Below, piece after piece: positions 35,438 through 45,254 of a stretch of 64,000 nt of DNA; the first letter of the stretch is position 1, and each line of letters starts with the position of its first letter. This DNA is from Acidobacteriota bacterium (GTDB lineage: Bacteria; Acidobacteriota; Vicinamibacteria; Vicinamibacterales; UBA2999). Location: assembly GCA_046726375.1 (NCBI GenBank), contig JBKPAJ010000007.1:6488-70487 (forward strand), given 5' to 3'. A program made the translations under genes and the position numbers. A model generated the notes under the pieces. It was not told the DNA's origin. It was given only the letters and a program-made list of their open reading frames with translations, and did not search any database.

Positions 35438-37618
35438 ATGGAGCACCACGGGCAAAAGAGTCGAACGTTGTTGTTCTTCGTTCTTGATTTCCGCCTCCGC
35501 TCGACGCGAATTCGGCGAGCGACGGCGAGGCGAGCTTTATTCTTAGTTCCGTTTGCTGCGAGCACTGTGCTCGCCGGGCAGCAGGGTGCGACATCCTACA
35601 CGCCCGAACAAGCCGCCGCCGGACGCACGGTGTACGTGACGAACTGCGCCAGCTGCCACCTTCCGGATCTCGGCGGTCGCAACGAAGCGCCGCAACTCGC
35701 CGGCGTCAATTTTCGCAATCAGTGGGGTAATCGGCCGGCGGCGCAGCTTCAGGATTTCATCGCCAAGACGATGCCTCCCGGCGGCCCACAACTGAGTTCG
35801 GCGGAGGCGACTAGCGTCACCGCCTTCATTCTTCAGGCCAACGGCGCCATTGCCGGCGCACCCGGCGGCGCTGCTCCTGGCGCCGACACGCCTCGCGGTG
35901 TACGCGGCGGAGGCGGTGCGGATTCACTGCCATCAGCCGCGCCGGCCATTGGCAGCCCTCCGCGTGGCATCACCGTTGCTGGCGAAGTCAAGAACTTGGT
36001 GCCTGTGACCGACGAGATGTTGCGCAATCCGCCGCCCGGCGACTGGTTGATGGCACGCAGAAACTATCAGGCGTGGAGCTACAGCCCGCTCAGCGACATC
36101 AATCGCAAGAACGTGAAGGACCTCAGACTGGCGTGGGTCTGGTCGATGAGCGATGCCGGCGCGAACCAGAACATGCCGCTCGTGCATGACGGCGTGATGT
36201 ATCTGGTGAACGCGTTCAATACCGTGCAGGCGCTCGACGCGGCGACGGGTGAGCTGATCTGGGAGAACAACGTCGGACCAAATCAGGCCATCGGCTTTGG
36301 TTCGATGCGCAATGTCGCGATCTACGGCGACAGGATCTTCCTTGCCACAACCGATGCCCGGCTCGTTGCGCTCGAAGCGCGCACTGGCAACGTCGTGTGG
36401 ACGACCACGATTGCAGATCGCGCGCAGGGTTTCTCCAATACGAGCGGACCGATTGTGATCAAGGGCGGCAAGGTCGTGCAGGGCCTGCAAGGCTGCGATC
36501 GATATCGGGAAGAACGCTGCTTCATCAGCGCCTACGAGGCCAGCACGGGAAAGCAGTTGTGGAAGTTCCACACGATCGCGCGTGAGGGCGAGCCGGGCGG
36601 CGATTCCTGGAGCAAGCTGCCCGACATGATGCGCGCCGGCGGCGAGACATGGATTGCCGGCAGCTACGATCCGGATCTCGACCTCACCTATTGGGGCATC
36701 GCTCAAGCCAAGCCGTGGATGCCGGCCAGCCGCGGCACGAAGATCACCGACGCGGCACTCTACTCGGCGTCAACGGTGGCGCTACGCGGGGAGGATGGAT
36801 CGCTGGCTTGGTACTTCCAACACATCCCAGGTGAATCGCTCGATCTCGATGAAGTGTTCGAGCGTGTGCTCGTAGATATCGGTGCGGACAAATTCGTCTT
36901 CAACATCGGCAAAAGCGGCATCCTCTGGAAGCTCGATCGCAAAACGGGGAAGTTCGTCGACTACAAGGAAGCGGTGTTTCAGAACGTTTACGATTCGATT
37001 AACCCGAAGACCGGCGCTCCAACATATCGCAAAGACATTCTCGAGCAGAAAGTCGGCGAGTGGCTGCAGTCGTGCCCAAGCACGGAGGGCGGCCATAACT
37101 GGCAGGCGATGAGTTATCACCCAGGCACTGGCGTGCTCGTGATTCCTCTCAGTCAGTCGTGCATGGAAATCTCGGCGAGGAAAGTTGCGCTCGAGGCCGG
37201 ATCGGGCGGCACCGCGGCCGATCGCCGCTTCTTCGAAATGCCCGGCAGCGACGGCAACGTCGGCAAGCTCGCCGCCTACGACGTGCGGACGATGAACGAA
37301 GTGTGGAACCGCCAACAACGCGCCGCGTTTTTGACTGCGGCGCTCACGACCGGCGGCGACATCGGCTTCATCGGCGATCTGAATCGCTACTTCCGCGCCT
37401 TCGACGTGAAGACCGGCGACACCCTGTGGGAGACGCGCCTCGGCACGTCCGTTCAAGGCTTTCCCGTGACGTTCACTGCCGGCGGAAAACAGTACGTCGC
37501 CGTCACCACGGGGCTGGGCGGAGGCAGCCCTCGTTTGGTGCCGCGCACGATCTCGCCGGACGTTCGTCATCCGGCGAACGGGAATGCGATTTACGTGTTT
37601 GCGTTACCGGACAAATAA
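35438..37618 (+). CDS. PQQ-dependent dehydrogenase with N-terminal cytochrome c domain (quinohemoprotein)
   Basis: GAGGAG 6 nt before the ATG. CASCH heme motif at residues ~70-74, then repeated W-motif propeller blades ([32 protein letters not shown] ...). Confidence 0.85.
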   Translation: MEHHGQKSRTLLFFVLDFRLRSTRIRRATARRALFLVPFAASTVLAGQQGATSYTPEQAAAGRTVYVTNCASCHLPDLGGRNEAPQLAGVNFRNQWGNRPAAQLQDFIAKTMPPGGPQLSSAEATSVTAFILQANGAIAGAPGGAAPGADTPRGVRGGGGADSLPSAAPAIGSPPRGITVAGEVKNLVPVTDEMLRNPPPGDWLMARRNYQAWSYSPLSDINRKNVKDLRLAWVWSMSDAGANQNMPLVHDGVMYLVNAFNTVQALDAATGELIWENNVGPNQAIGFGSMRNVAIYGDRIFLATTDARLVALEARTGNVVWTTTIADRAQGFSNTSGPIVIKGGKVVQGLQGCDRYREERCFISAYEASTGKQLWKFHTIAREGEPGGDSWSKLPDMMRAGGETWIAGSYDPDLDLTYWGIAQAKPWMPASRGTKITDAALYSASTVALRGEDGSLAWYFQHIPGESLDLDEVFERVLVDIGADKFVFNIGKSGILWKLDRKTGKFVDYKEAVFQNVYDSINPKTGAPTYRKDILEQKVGEWLQSCPSTEGGHNWQAMSYHPGTGVLVIPLSQSCMEISARKVALEAGSGGTAADRRFFEMPGSDGNVGKLAAYDVRTMNEVWNRQQRAAFLTAALTTGGDIGFIGDLNRYFRAFDVKTGDTLWETRLGTSVQGFPVTFTAGGKQYVAVTTGLGGGSPRLVPRTISPDVRHPANGNAIYVFALPDK

Positions 37619-37671
37619 GCCGCTATACTAGCGACCCTACAATTGACCTTTATTTGAACGAGAGACAAAAA

Positions 37672-38118
37672 ATGCGCCTATTTCCTCTGTCGTATGCGGT
37701 ATGCGTGTTCGTGCTCACTGCCGGCTCGGTTGTTGCGGCTGCCAATTCACCCGCCGCGCAGTTGGCCCCCGATGCGCCGAAACCGAATCCTGAGGCACGC
37801 AAACTGAAGAACCCGGTCGCGGCTACCCCGGCGTCCGTCGCCGCCGGTCAACAACTGTACAGAAAGTACTGTCAGTTCTGCCACGGCGTGAGCGGCAAGG
37901 GCGATGGTCCCGCCATCCCGAAAGGGGTGACGCCGTCGGATCTGAGCGACAAAGTTTGGGATCGCGGCGACAGCGACGGCGAGATCTTTCACGTGATTCA
38001 GGTCGGCGCCGGCCCGAAGTTCCAGATGAAGGGCCTCAAAGGCAAAATCACCGAGCAGGACACCTGGAACATCGTCAACTACGTGCGCACGCTCGGCGCT
38101 CCCGCGAAATCGCACTGA
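37672..38118 (+). CDS. monoheme c-type cytochrome
   Basis: Signal peptide, then GQQLYRKYCQFCHGVSGKGDG ... a Met-containing distal region. Confidence 0.8.
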   Translation: MRLFPLSYAVCVFVLTAGSVVAAANSPAAQLAPDAPKPNPEARKLKNPVAATPASVAAGQQLYRKYCQFCHGVSGKGDGPAIPKGVTPSDLSDKVWDRGDSDGEIFHVIQVGAGPKFQMKGLKGKITEQDTWNIVNYVRTLGAPAKSH

Positions 38119-38125
38119 GCTGAGA

Positions 38126-38746
38126 ATGCTCGCCTCGCGCATCTGGCCGCTGGTGCTCGCCCTGGCAGCGATACAGGGCGCGCTCGCTTGCGGTCTGATC
38201 GATCGGAACCCGCCCCCGGCCGCGCCCTCGACACCGGGCGCCGCGCGGTGGGGCACGTCACCGGTGTTTTCGCGCGCACACGAGACCACGGCCGAGGCCG
38301 TGCGCCATCACTTCGGCATGCGGCCCGATCCGCAACAGCCATTTCCATTTCCACACAACGTGCACGCGGAGAAGCAGCTTGGATGTACGGAGTACTGTCA
38401 TGAAGGCGTAACGACTGGGCCGGTGGCCGGCATCCCAAGCGTCAAGGCGTGCATGATTTGTCACGCCGCGATCGCGAGTGATCGTCCGTTGATCAAATCG
38501 CTTGCCGACTTCGAGCAGCGCGGCATCGACATCGCCTGGCAGCGCGTCTACGGCTACACGGACGAAGCCCACGTCCGATTCAATCACGCGCCGCACATCC
38601 GCGCGAAAGTCGAATGCTCGACCTGTCACGGCGACGTCGCGCGGCAAACGGTCGCGGAACGGCAAGTCGACATGACGATGTCGTTCTGTGTCAATTGCCA
38701 CAAGTCGCGGCAAGCGTCAGCCGATTGTCTGGTCTGTCACTACTGA
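38126..38746 (+). CDS. actA: pentaheme cytochrome c, ActA/QrcA-like
   Basis: Five CxxCH motifs: CTEYCH, CMICH, CSTCH, CVNCH, CLVCH. N-terminal membrane anchor. Starts 8 nt after the monoheme gene. Confidence 0.7.
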   Translation: MLASRIWPLVLALAAIQGALACGLIDRNPPPAAPSTPGAARWGTSPVFSRAHETTAEAVRHHFGMRPDPQQPFPFPHNVHAEKQLGCTEYCHEGVTTGPVAGIPSVKACMICHAAIASDRPLIKSLADFEQRGIDIAWQRVYGYTDEAHVRFNHAPHIRAKVECSTCHGDVARQTVAERQVDMTMSFCVNCHKSRQASADCLVCHY

Positions 38747-38751
38747 CATCC

Positions 38752-40866
38752 ATGGACCGCCGCAACTTCATCAAGCTCACTGCGATCACCGGCACCAGCG
38801 CCGCGCTGGCGCGCTGCGGCAGTCCCGAAAACCAGATCATCCGATTCATTCCCGACGACGATTTCGTGCCTGGCGTCGCCGTCTGGAAGCCGAGCATTTG
38901 CCCCCTTTGTCCGGCCGGATGCGGCGTGATCGTCCGCGTCATGGACGGCGATGTGGAAGTCGTCCGCAACGGACAAGCCGGTGTGATGCAGATGGCACTG
39001 GCGAAGAAGCTCGAAGGCAATCCCGACGATCCAATCAGTCAGGGCAAGCTGTGTGCGCGCGGACAAGCGGCGATTCAACTCACCTATCACCCGGATCGCA
39101 TTTCGCACCCGCTCAAGCGAACGGGTGCGCGCGGCAGCGGATCGTTTCAGGAGGTGAGTTGGGACGACGCGATCGCCGAGCTCGTTTCGCGTCTCGATGC
39201 ACTCTCGGCAGGCGGTAAGCAGGCGGCACTCGCGTTTCTGATGCCGCCGCGAGCCAGCCGCCAGACCGAGCTTGTGGCCGAGTTCCTCGCGCGCTACGGC
39301 GCACCCGCGCCGATCACGTTCGAGATCTTCAGCGACGACGTGCTGCGGCGCGCCAATCGAGTCAGCTTCGGCCGCGAACAGCTGCCCACGTTCGATCTCG
39401 GCAATTCGCGCTACGTCGTGTCATTCGGGGCCGATTTCCTTGGCACCTGGAACTCGCCCGTGGCACACACCATCGCGTACGGGCTCATGCGGCAGGGCCG
39501 GCCGGGGATGCGCGGGAAATTCGTGCAGTTCGAGCCGCGTCTCTCGCAAACCGGCGCGAACGCGGATGAGTGGGTGCCCGTAAAGCCTGGCACCGAAGGG
39601 GTCGTGGCCCTGGGCCTTGCTCACGCGCTGATCGCGTCGGGAGCGCGCAAAGGTGATGCATCGGCGTTTGCCAGCTACAGACCCGATCACGTGGAGCAGC
39701 GCACTGGAGTCCGCGCGGGTATGCTGACGCGAATCGCTCGCGAGATGGCCGAGCACGGACCGGCGGTCGCGATGATCGGGGGCGCGCCGCTCGCACATAC
39801 CAACGGGTTGCCTCAGGCGCTCGCGGTCAACACGCTCAATGCAGTGCTGGGCAGCGTCGACCAACCGGGTGGAGTCCGTTTCACGCCGCAAGTGCCGATC
39901 GCGAACAACGCGCGTCGGCCGTTCGCGGAGCTGCTTGCGAGCGATCGAACGCCCGAGCTGTTGCTCATCGACGAGGCGAACCCGGTCTATGCGGCGCCTG
40001 CGGCATGGCGCGTCGCGGAGGCGCTGCAGAAGATTCCCTTTATCGCCAGCTTCGGCAGCTTTCTCGACGAGACCAGTGCGCTGGCTGATCTCATCCTGCC
40101 GGATCACACGTTTCTCGAATCGCACGTGGATCGTATTTCGGAATCGGGCTCGCTCACAGCGGTGGCTGCGACCGCACCACCCGTAATGCGACCGCTGCAC
40201 CTCACGCGCGCGATGCCGGACGTGCTGGTGGAGGTATCGTCGCGCCTCTCTCGCGCAATCAGTCCGCCGCTGCAGCGATACGAGGAGAGATTGCAGCCAG
40301 GCGAAGCAGCGCCTGCGGCCTCACGAGCTCCCGCTCCTGCGGCAGCAGCCGGCGCGCCGCCGCTGCCGCCTGCCGAGGCGCAGTTCGACGGTGATCCTGG
40401 CGAGTATCCTTTTCACTGGCTGCCGTACCCGTCAGTCGGATTGCTCGATGGATCGGTTGCACATCTCCCGTGGCTGCAGGAGCTGCCGGATCCCATGACG
40501 TCGGCCATGTGGAGCAGTTGGGTGGAAATCAATCCGCAGACGGCGGAGCGCCTGCGCATCGGCCAGGGCGACGTGGTTGAGATCGCATCGCCGCATGGAA
40601 CGCTCCGCACCGCCGCGCTCCTCTCACCGGGCGTGGCGCCCGACGTGCTGGCCATGCCGACGGGACAGGGACATCAGACCTTCACACGGTACGCGAGCGG
40701 GCACGGGGCGAATCCGATGACCATCGTCGCGCCGCTGGTCGAGAAGGAAACCGGCGCGCTCGCGTGGGCCGCGACGCGAGTGAAGATTTCAAGGGTCAGT
40801 GGACCGGATGGAAAGCTCACGTTGTTTGCGGGCGCCACACGGGAACGCCCGTTCGAGGGTAGGTGA
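38752..40866 (+). CDS. Tat-exported molybdopterin-oxidoreductase-like subunit (ActB1/QrcB-like)
   Basis: MDRRNFIKLTAITGTSAALARCGS (twin-arginine), CPLCPAGCG...C FS0-type cysteine cluster, about 700 aa CISM catalytic-subunit fold. Confidence 0.8.
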   Translation: MDRRNFIKLTAITGTSAALARCGSPENQIIRFIPDDDFVPGVAVWKPSICPLCPAGCGVIVRVMDGDVEVVRNGQAGVMQMALAKKLEGNPDDPISQGKLCARGQAAIQLTYHPDRISHPLKRTGARGSGSFQEVSWDDAIAELVSRLDALSAGGKQAALAFLMPPRASRQTELVAEFLARYGAPAPITFEIFSDDVLRRANRVSFGREQLPTFDLGNSRYVVSFGADFLGTWNSPVAHTIAYGLMRQGRPGMRGKFVQFEPRLSQTGANADEWVPVKPGTEGVVALGLAHALIASGARKGDASAFASYRPDHVEQRTGVRAGMLTRIAREMAEHGPAVAMIGGAPLAHTNGLPQALAVNTLNAVLGSVDQPGGVRFTPQVPIANNARRPFAELLASDRTPELLLIDEANPVYAAPAAWRVAEALQKIPFIASFGSFLDETSALADLILPDHTFLESHVDRISESGSLTAVAATAPPVMRPLHLTRAMPDVLVEVSSRLSRAISPPLQRYEERLQPGEAAPAASRAPAPAAAAGAPPLPPAEAQFDGDPGEYPFHWLPYPSVGLLDGSVAHLPWLQELPDPMTSAMWSSWVEINPQTAERLRIGQGDVVEIASPHGTLRTAALLSPGVAPDVLAMPTGQGHQTFTRYASGHGANPMTIVAPLVEKETGALAWAATRVKISRVSGPDGKLTLFAGATRERPFEGR

Positions 40867-41573
40867 TGCCACATCGCTGGGGAATGGTCGTCGATCTGGA
40901 TCGCTGCACGGGATGCGGGGCGTGTGTGACCGCGTGTCACGCCGAAAACAACATTCCAACAGTCGGCCCCGATCAAGCGGCGCGCGGCCGCGCCATGCAT
41001 TGGCTGCGCATCGAGCGCTATTGGGAAGGCGAGTTCCCCGACGCGCGCGTGAAGTTCCGTCCCGTGTTGTGTCAGCAGTGTGATGCCGCGCCGTGCGAGC
41101 CCGTGTGTCCCACCTACGCGAGTCATCACAACGAAGATGGCCTCAACGCGCAGGTCTACAACCGCTGCATCGGTACTCGCTACTGCGGCAACGCGTGCCC
41201 GTACAGCGTGCGCTTCTTCAATTTCTTCAATCCCACCTGGGACAAGCCGCTGCAGCTGCAGCTCAATCCCGATGTCTCGGTGCGCGAAGTCGGGGTCATG
41301 GAGAAATGCACCTTCTGTATTCAGCGCATCAGCGCCGCCAAGACACAGGCGAAAGCGGAGAACCGGGCAATCAAAGACGGCGAGCTGCAGACTGCATGCG
41401 CGCAAGCGTGCCCGGCGTCCGCGATTGTGTTCGGCGATCTGAACGATCCGGACAGCCGCGTGTCGCGGCTGTCGCACTCGTCACGCGGCTCGCGCCTGCT
41501 CGAGGATCTAGGCGCTAAACCCAAGATCACCTATCTGCAGCGGCAGTCCTGGGATGAATCGTCCAGTCGATAA
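40863..41573 (+). CDS. 4Fe-4S ferredoxin-type subunit (ActB2/QrcC/PsrB-like)
   Basis: WGMVVDLDRCTGCGACVTAC ... CQQCDAAPCEPVCP ... CIGTRYCGNACPY ... CTFC. Overlaps the previous stop (TGATG). Confidence 0.85.
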   Translation: MMPHRWGMVVDLDRCTGCGACVTACHAENNIPTVGPDQAARGRAMHWLRIERYWEGEFPDARVKFRPVLCQQCDAAPCEPVCPTYASHHNEDGLNAQVYNRCIGTRYCGNACPYSVRFFNFFNPTWDKPLQLQLNPDVSVREVGVMEKCTFCIQRISAAKTQAKAENRAIKDGELQTACAQACPASAIVFGDLNDPDSRVSRLSHSSRGSRLLEDLGAKPKITYLQRQSWDESSSR

Positions 41574-42912
41574 GCGCACGGTCGACGATCTGCTGCGGCC
41601 GCTGTTCCACACCTCGGCACGCTTCTATGTGCTTGTCGGCGTGCTCGCGACAGTGCTGATCGCCGCGGCGGGCGCGTGGGGGTATCAGCTGAGTCGCGGA
41701 TTCGGCGTCACGGGGATTCGCTGGCCGGTGTTTTGGGGGTTTTATCTCACCAACTTCGTGTTCTGGATCGGCATCAGTCACGCCGGCACGCTGATCTCTG
41801 CCATTCTGCGCCTTGTCAACGCGAGATGGCGACGCCCGGTCACACGGTGCGCAGAGGTGATCACAGTGTTCGCGCTCATGATCGGCGCGATGTTTCCGAT
41901 CATTCACCTCGGGCGCCCGTGGCTGGCGTTCTGGCTGATTCCGTATCCAAGCGAGCGCGCGATCTGGCCCAATTTCCGATCGCCGCTGGTGTGGGACTTC
42001 TTCGCGATCAACACCTATTTGATCGGCAGCGTGCTGTTCCTCGTGCTGCCGATGATTCCCGACTTGGCCTTGGTGCGAGATCGAGCGACGGGCTGGCGGC
42101 GGCGCATCTACGGCACGCTCGCGCTCGGATGGCAGGGCACGACCAAGCAATGGCATCGGCTCGAGTCGGCGATGCAGATCATGGCGATTGCCATCCTGCC
42201 CGTTGCCGTGTCGGTTCACACCATCGTCTCGTTCGACTTCTCGATGGCGGTTGTGCCGATGTGGCACTCGACCATCTTCGGTCCGTACTTTGTGACAGGC
42301 GCGATTTTCAGCGGTATCGCGGCCCTGATCGTCGCGATGGCGCTTGTGCGCCGCTTTCTCCATCTCGAGGCGTATCTCGAGCCGGTGCACTTCGAGAACC
42401 TCGGTAAGCTGATGCTCATGATGAGCCTCTTGTGGACGTACTTCGTCTTCAACGAGCGGCTCACTGTGTGGTACGGCAACGAACCGTCGGAGATGGCGGT
42501 GTTCTGGGCCACGCAGCGGGGGCGTTTCGCACCGCTCTACTGGACGATGGTCGTCTGTAACTTTGTGATTCCGTTTGTGATCCTGTCGCTCCGGAAGCTG
42601 CGCACGATCACCGGCTGCGTCATTGCGTCGGCCGGCGTGCTCATCGGCATGTGGCTCGAGCGCTTTTTGATCATCGTGCCATCGCTGTCGCACAAGTCGC
42701 TGCCTTACAGCTGGGGAACCTACTCCCCGCAGCCCGTAGAGATCATCATCACGTGCGCAACGTTTGCCGCGATGGGCCTGCTCTATACGCTGTTCTCCAA
42801 GTTCGTGCCGATCATCTCAATCTGGGAGTTGAAGGTCGGCGCGCATCCGCGGCCGGCGCTGACGGCCGAGGAGGATAAAGAGGGGCAGAGATTGTGGAGG
42901 GTCCAGCCGTGA
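41554..42912 (+). CDS. actC: NrfD/PsrC-type quinone-interacting membrane subunit (ActC/QrcD-like)
   Basis: 452 aa, about 10 TM helices, typical NrfD-family N-terminus. Overlaps its neighbours on both sides. Confidence 0.85.
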   Translation: MNRPVDKRTVDDLLRPLFHTSARFYVLVGVLATVLIAAAGAWGYQLSRGFGVTGIRWPVFWGFYLTNFVFWIGISHAGTLISAILRLVNARWRRPVTRCAEVITVFALMIGAMFPIIHLGRPWLAFWLIPYPSERAIWPNFRSPLVWDFFAINTYLIGSVLFLVLPMIPDLALVRDRATGWRRRIYGTLALGWQGTTKQWHRLESAMQIMAIAILPVAVSVHTIVSFDFSMAVVPMWHSTIFGPYFVTGAIFSGIAALIVAMALVRRFLHLEAYLEPVHFENLGKLMLMMSLLWTYFVFNERLTVWYGNEPSEMAVFWATQRGRFAPLYWTMVVCNFVIPFVILSLRKLRTITGCVIASAGVLIGMWLERFLIIVPSLSHKSLPYSWGTYSPQPVEIIITCATFAAMGLLYTLFSKFVPIISIWELKVGAHPRPALTAEEDKEGQRLWRVQP

Positions 42913-43433
42913 ACCGGCATCCGTCCGTGATCTACGGGCTGTATCCAACTCCAGATTCGGCCCAGCATGCGTGTGACCGGCTCCGTGCCGCCGGCATTGC
43001 CGACGAACTGATCACCGTGATTTCGTCGGAGCCGTTCGAGGAATACGATTTCAGCGATCGGCACAAAGCGACGTGGCTCTACTGGATCGCCGGCCTCGGC
43101 GGATTGATCGGACTCACGCTCGGCTTCGGCATCACGTATGGCACGTCGCGCGCGTGGCCGATCGAAACCGGCGGCATGCCGATCGTGGCACTGTGGCCGA
43201 ATACGATCATCATGTTCGAATGCACGATGCTCGCCGCGATCCTTGCCACGGTGATCACGTTGTTCCTCACGGCAAAGCTCCCGTCGCGCGAGCCGAGGCT
43301 CTACGATCCGGAAGTATCGTACGGTGCGGTGCTGGTCGGCATCGAGGATCCGCCGCTGGATCTGCTCCGCACCATCGAGCAAACGCTTCGCGCGACTGGC
43401 GGGCACGTGAAGACGGATTTGCTCACGGCGTAA
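42894..43433 (+). CDS. actD: DUF3341/ActD-like membrane subunit
   Basis: 179 aa. Soluble N-domain (VIYGLYPTPDSAQHACDRLRAAGI), then two TM helices, as in ACIII ActD. Confidence 0.65.
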   Translation: MEGPAVNRHPSVIYGLYPTPDSAQHACDRLRAAGIADELITVISSEPFEEYDFSDRHKATWLYWIAGLGGLIGLTLGFGITYGTSRAWPIETGGMPIVALWPNTIIMFECTMLAAILATVITLFLTAKLPSREPRLYDPEVSYGAVLVGIEDPPLDLLRTIEQTLRATGGHVKTDLLTA

Positions 43434-43954
43434 TGGCTTCGCCGCTCGCCAACGTCGGCTGGGACCGCATCACGCGGGTGCGTCTACGTATGCTCTCCTC
43501 TTCCGAGGTCCGGCGGGCGTTCGAGGACCTCGATTCCGACCTGCGCGCTCGCTGCCTGGCGTTGCTCTGCGAGCCAGGTCTTTCTCACCTGCGCCGCTAC
43601 TTCGCCGATGCTGCCAACACGACGTATCTGGATTCCGTCGTTGGTCTGCGGCACGTCGTCGACGTCGAGCTTGCGGTCCGCGCGCTTGCGGCTATTCGCT
43701 CAGCTGGCGGCATTCCGTCATCGTCCGTACTCGATTCCTTGCTGGCGGATTACCAGGAGCCGATGGCCGCGCATCAAGATGACGACTCTCGGATTACGGA
43801 TTCTCGCGCCGAGTACGCGTACCTTTCGATCTACAACCTCGTGCGGAGTTCTAGAAACCCGACGACGTGGAACTTGCATGGCTTGTCGTACGCCAGGCAC
43901 TCTCGGTGGTGGGTCCGGAGGAGCCGGCGGCGAGAGATGTCGATAAACTTCTGA
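43433..43954 (+). CDS. hypothetical cytoplasmic protein, no recognisable domain
   Basis: ATG overlaps the ActD stop (TAATG). 173 aa with no TM, no heme motif and weaker third-position GC bias than its neighbours. Confidence 0.45.
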   Translation: MASPLANVGWDRITRVRLRMLSSSEVRRAFEDLDSDLRARCLALLCEPGLSHLRRYFADAANTTYLDSVVGLRHVVDVELAVRALAAIRSAGGIPSSSVLDSLLADYQEPMAAHQDDDSRITDSRAEYAYLSIYNLVRSSRNPTTWNLHGLSYARHSRWWVRRSRRREMSINF

Positions 43955-44009
43955 ATCAGTGGATGGCCAGGTGGACGACAGCTTAGCTTAAGCGGGAGAG
44001 GGCGCGCTG

Positions 44010-44351
44010 GTGTACGAACATCGCACGCATCGCCTCCTGTCGTGGCCGGCTTTCCTGCGCCGCGCTGGCAACCATGCCCTTATCGCGTTCCTCGTCCTGT
44101 TTGCCGGCGTTGGCATCGGTACGGCAGGCTATAAAGTGTTCGCCGGTTTGACCTGGGTCGATGCGTTTCTCAACGCGTCGATGATCTCGAGTGGTATGGG
44201 TCCGGTCGATCGGCTCATCACCACGCCCGCGAAGGTGTTTGCCGCGCTCTATGCTTTGTTCAGCGGACTCGTCTTCATTGGCGTGGTCGGTGTCGCGCTT
44301 GCACCGTGGGTGCATCGCCTGTTCCACCGGATCCATTTGGATGAGGAGTGA
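44010..44351 (+). CDS. small 2-TM protein with ion-channel pore-like loop
   Basis: TM1, then TWVDAFLNASMISSGMGPVD, then TM2. Resembles the K-channel pore helix and filter (xxDAxxxSxxTxTTVGYGD) but carries SSGMGP. Confidence 0.45.
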   Translation: MYEHRTHRLLSWPAFLRRAGNHALIAFLVLFAGVGIGTAGYKVFAGLTWVDAFLNASMISSGMGPVDRLITTPAKVFAALYALFSGLVFIGVVGVALAPWVHRLFHRIHLDEE

Positions 44352-44353
44352 AC

Positions 44354-44818
44354 ATGGAACATCAGCAAGTAGTGTCGTTGTACGAGCGCCTCCTTGACGC
44401 GTGGAACCAGCGCAATGCGAATCAATTCGCCGCGGCGTTTGCCGACGACGGCACCGCGGTCGGATTTGACGGCTCGCAGATGAGCAGTCGGGTCGAAATC
44501 GAGTCTTCGCTGCGCGCTATCTTCGGTGATCACCAGACCGCCACTTATGTCGCGAAGATACGCGAAGTGCGTGAGCTGGCGCCCGGCGTCGCCCTCCTCC
44601 GATCGGTCGTCGGCATGGTGCCGCCCGGCACCGCGGAGATCAATCCGGGCACGAACGCAATTCAGAGCGTTGTGGCGATTAACTGCGGCAACGAGGTGAA
44701 GATTGCGTTGCTTCAGAACACGCCGGCGGCCTTTCACGGCCGTCCGGAATTGGCGGAACAGCTGACGAAGGAACTTACCGAGGTTTTAGCTAAACGCCGA
44801 ACCGTGGTAGCGGGCTGA
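44354..44818 (+). CDS. SgcJ/EcaC-type NTF2-like (DUF4440-like) protein
   Basis: VVSLYERLLDAWNQRNANQFAAAFADDGTAVGFDGS is the typical start of this family. Confidence 0.65.
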   Translation: MEHQQVVSLYERLLDAWNQRNANQFAAAFADDGTAVGFDGSQMSSRVEIESSLRAIFGDHQTATYVAKIREVRELAPGVALLRSVVGMVPPGTAEINPGTNAIQSVVAINCGNEVKIALLQNTPAAFHGRPELAEQLTKELTEVLAKRRTVVAG

Positions 44819-44855
44819 CTGCTCCGCCGCCGTCTCGCGCGATTGACATGCAGAC

Positions 44856-45254
44856 ATGACAAACAAACCTGAAGCCGCTATCGTCCTTGCGAAGCGCGTC
44901 TTTCTGATCGCCGCCATCTACGGTTTTATTGTTCTGATTCCGCAATACTTTCTGGAGGCCAGGACGGGCCGCGACTTTCCGCCGGCGATCACGCACCCGG
45001 AATACTTCTATGGCTTTATTGGCGTGGCAGTGGCATGGCAGATCGCGTTCCTGGTCATTTCGCGGGATCCTGCTCGATATCGCGCGCTGATGATTCCATC
45101 GATCATCGAGAAAGCAGGCTTTGGACTGCCCGCGGTGGCTCTGTTCCTGCTCGGACGGCTGCACGCGCAGATGCTCGTGGCAGCCCTGCTCGACGTGAGC
45201 CTCGGCGTCCTCTTCGTTGTCGCGTATGTGCGTACGGCGCCGAGGACCGTGTGA
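44856..45254 (+). CDS. hypothetical 4-TM membrane protein
   Basis: 132 aa, hydrophobic, no motif recognised. Confidence 0.55.
   Translation: MTNKPEAAIVLAKRVFLIAAIYGFIVLIPQYFLEARTGRDFPPAITHPEYFYGFIGVAVAWQIAFLVISRDPARYRALMIPSIIEKAGFGLPAVALFLLGRLHAQMLVAALLDVSLGVLFVVAYVRTAPRTV

Noticed and set aside
35377-35495. Hairpin between the GAAGTAA(A) microsatellite upstream of the PQQ gene and the TTCTTCGTTCTTGATTTC segment in its 5' coding region, enclosing the RBS and ATG
   Set aside because: Complementarity is only partial even when G-U pairs are allowed, and the alignment needs shifts. I keep only the observation that GAAGTAA words repeat 3-4 times at ~35383-35402.
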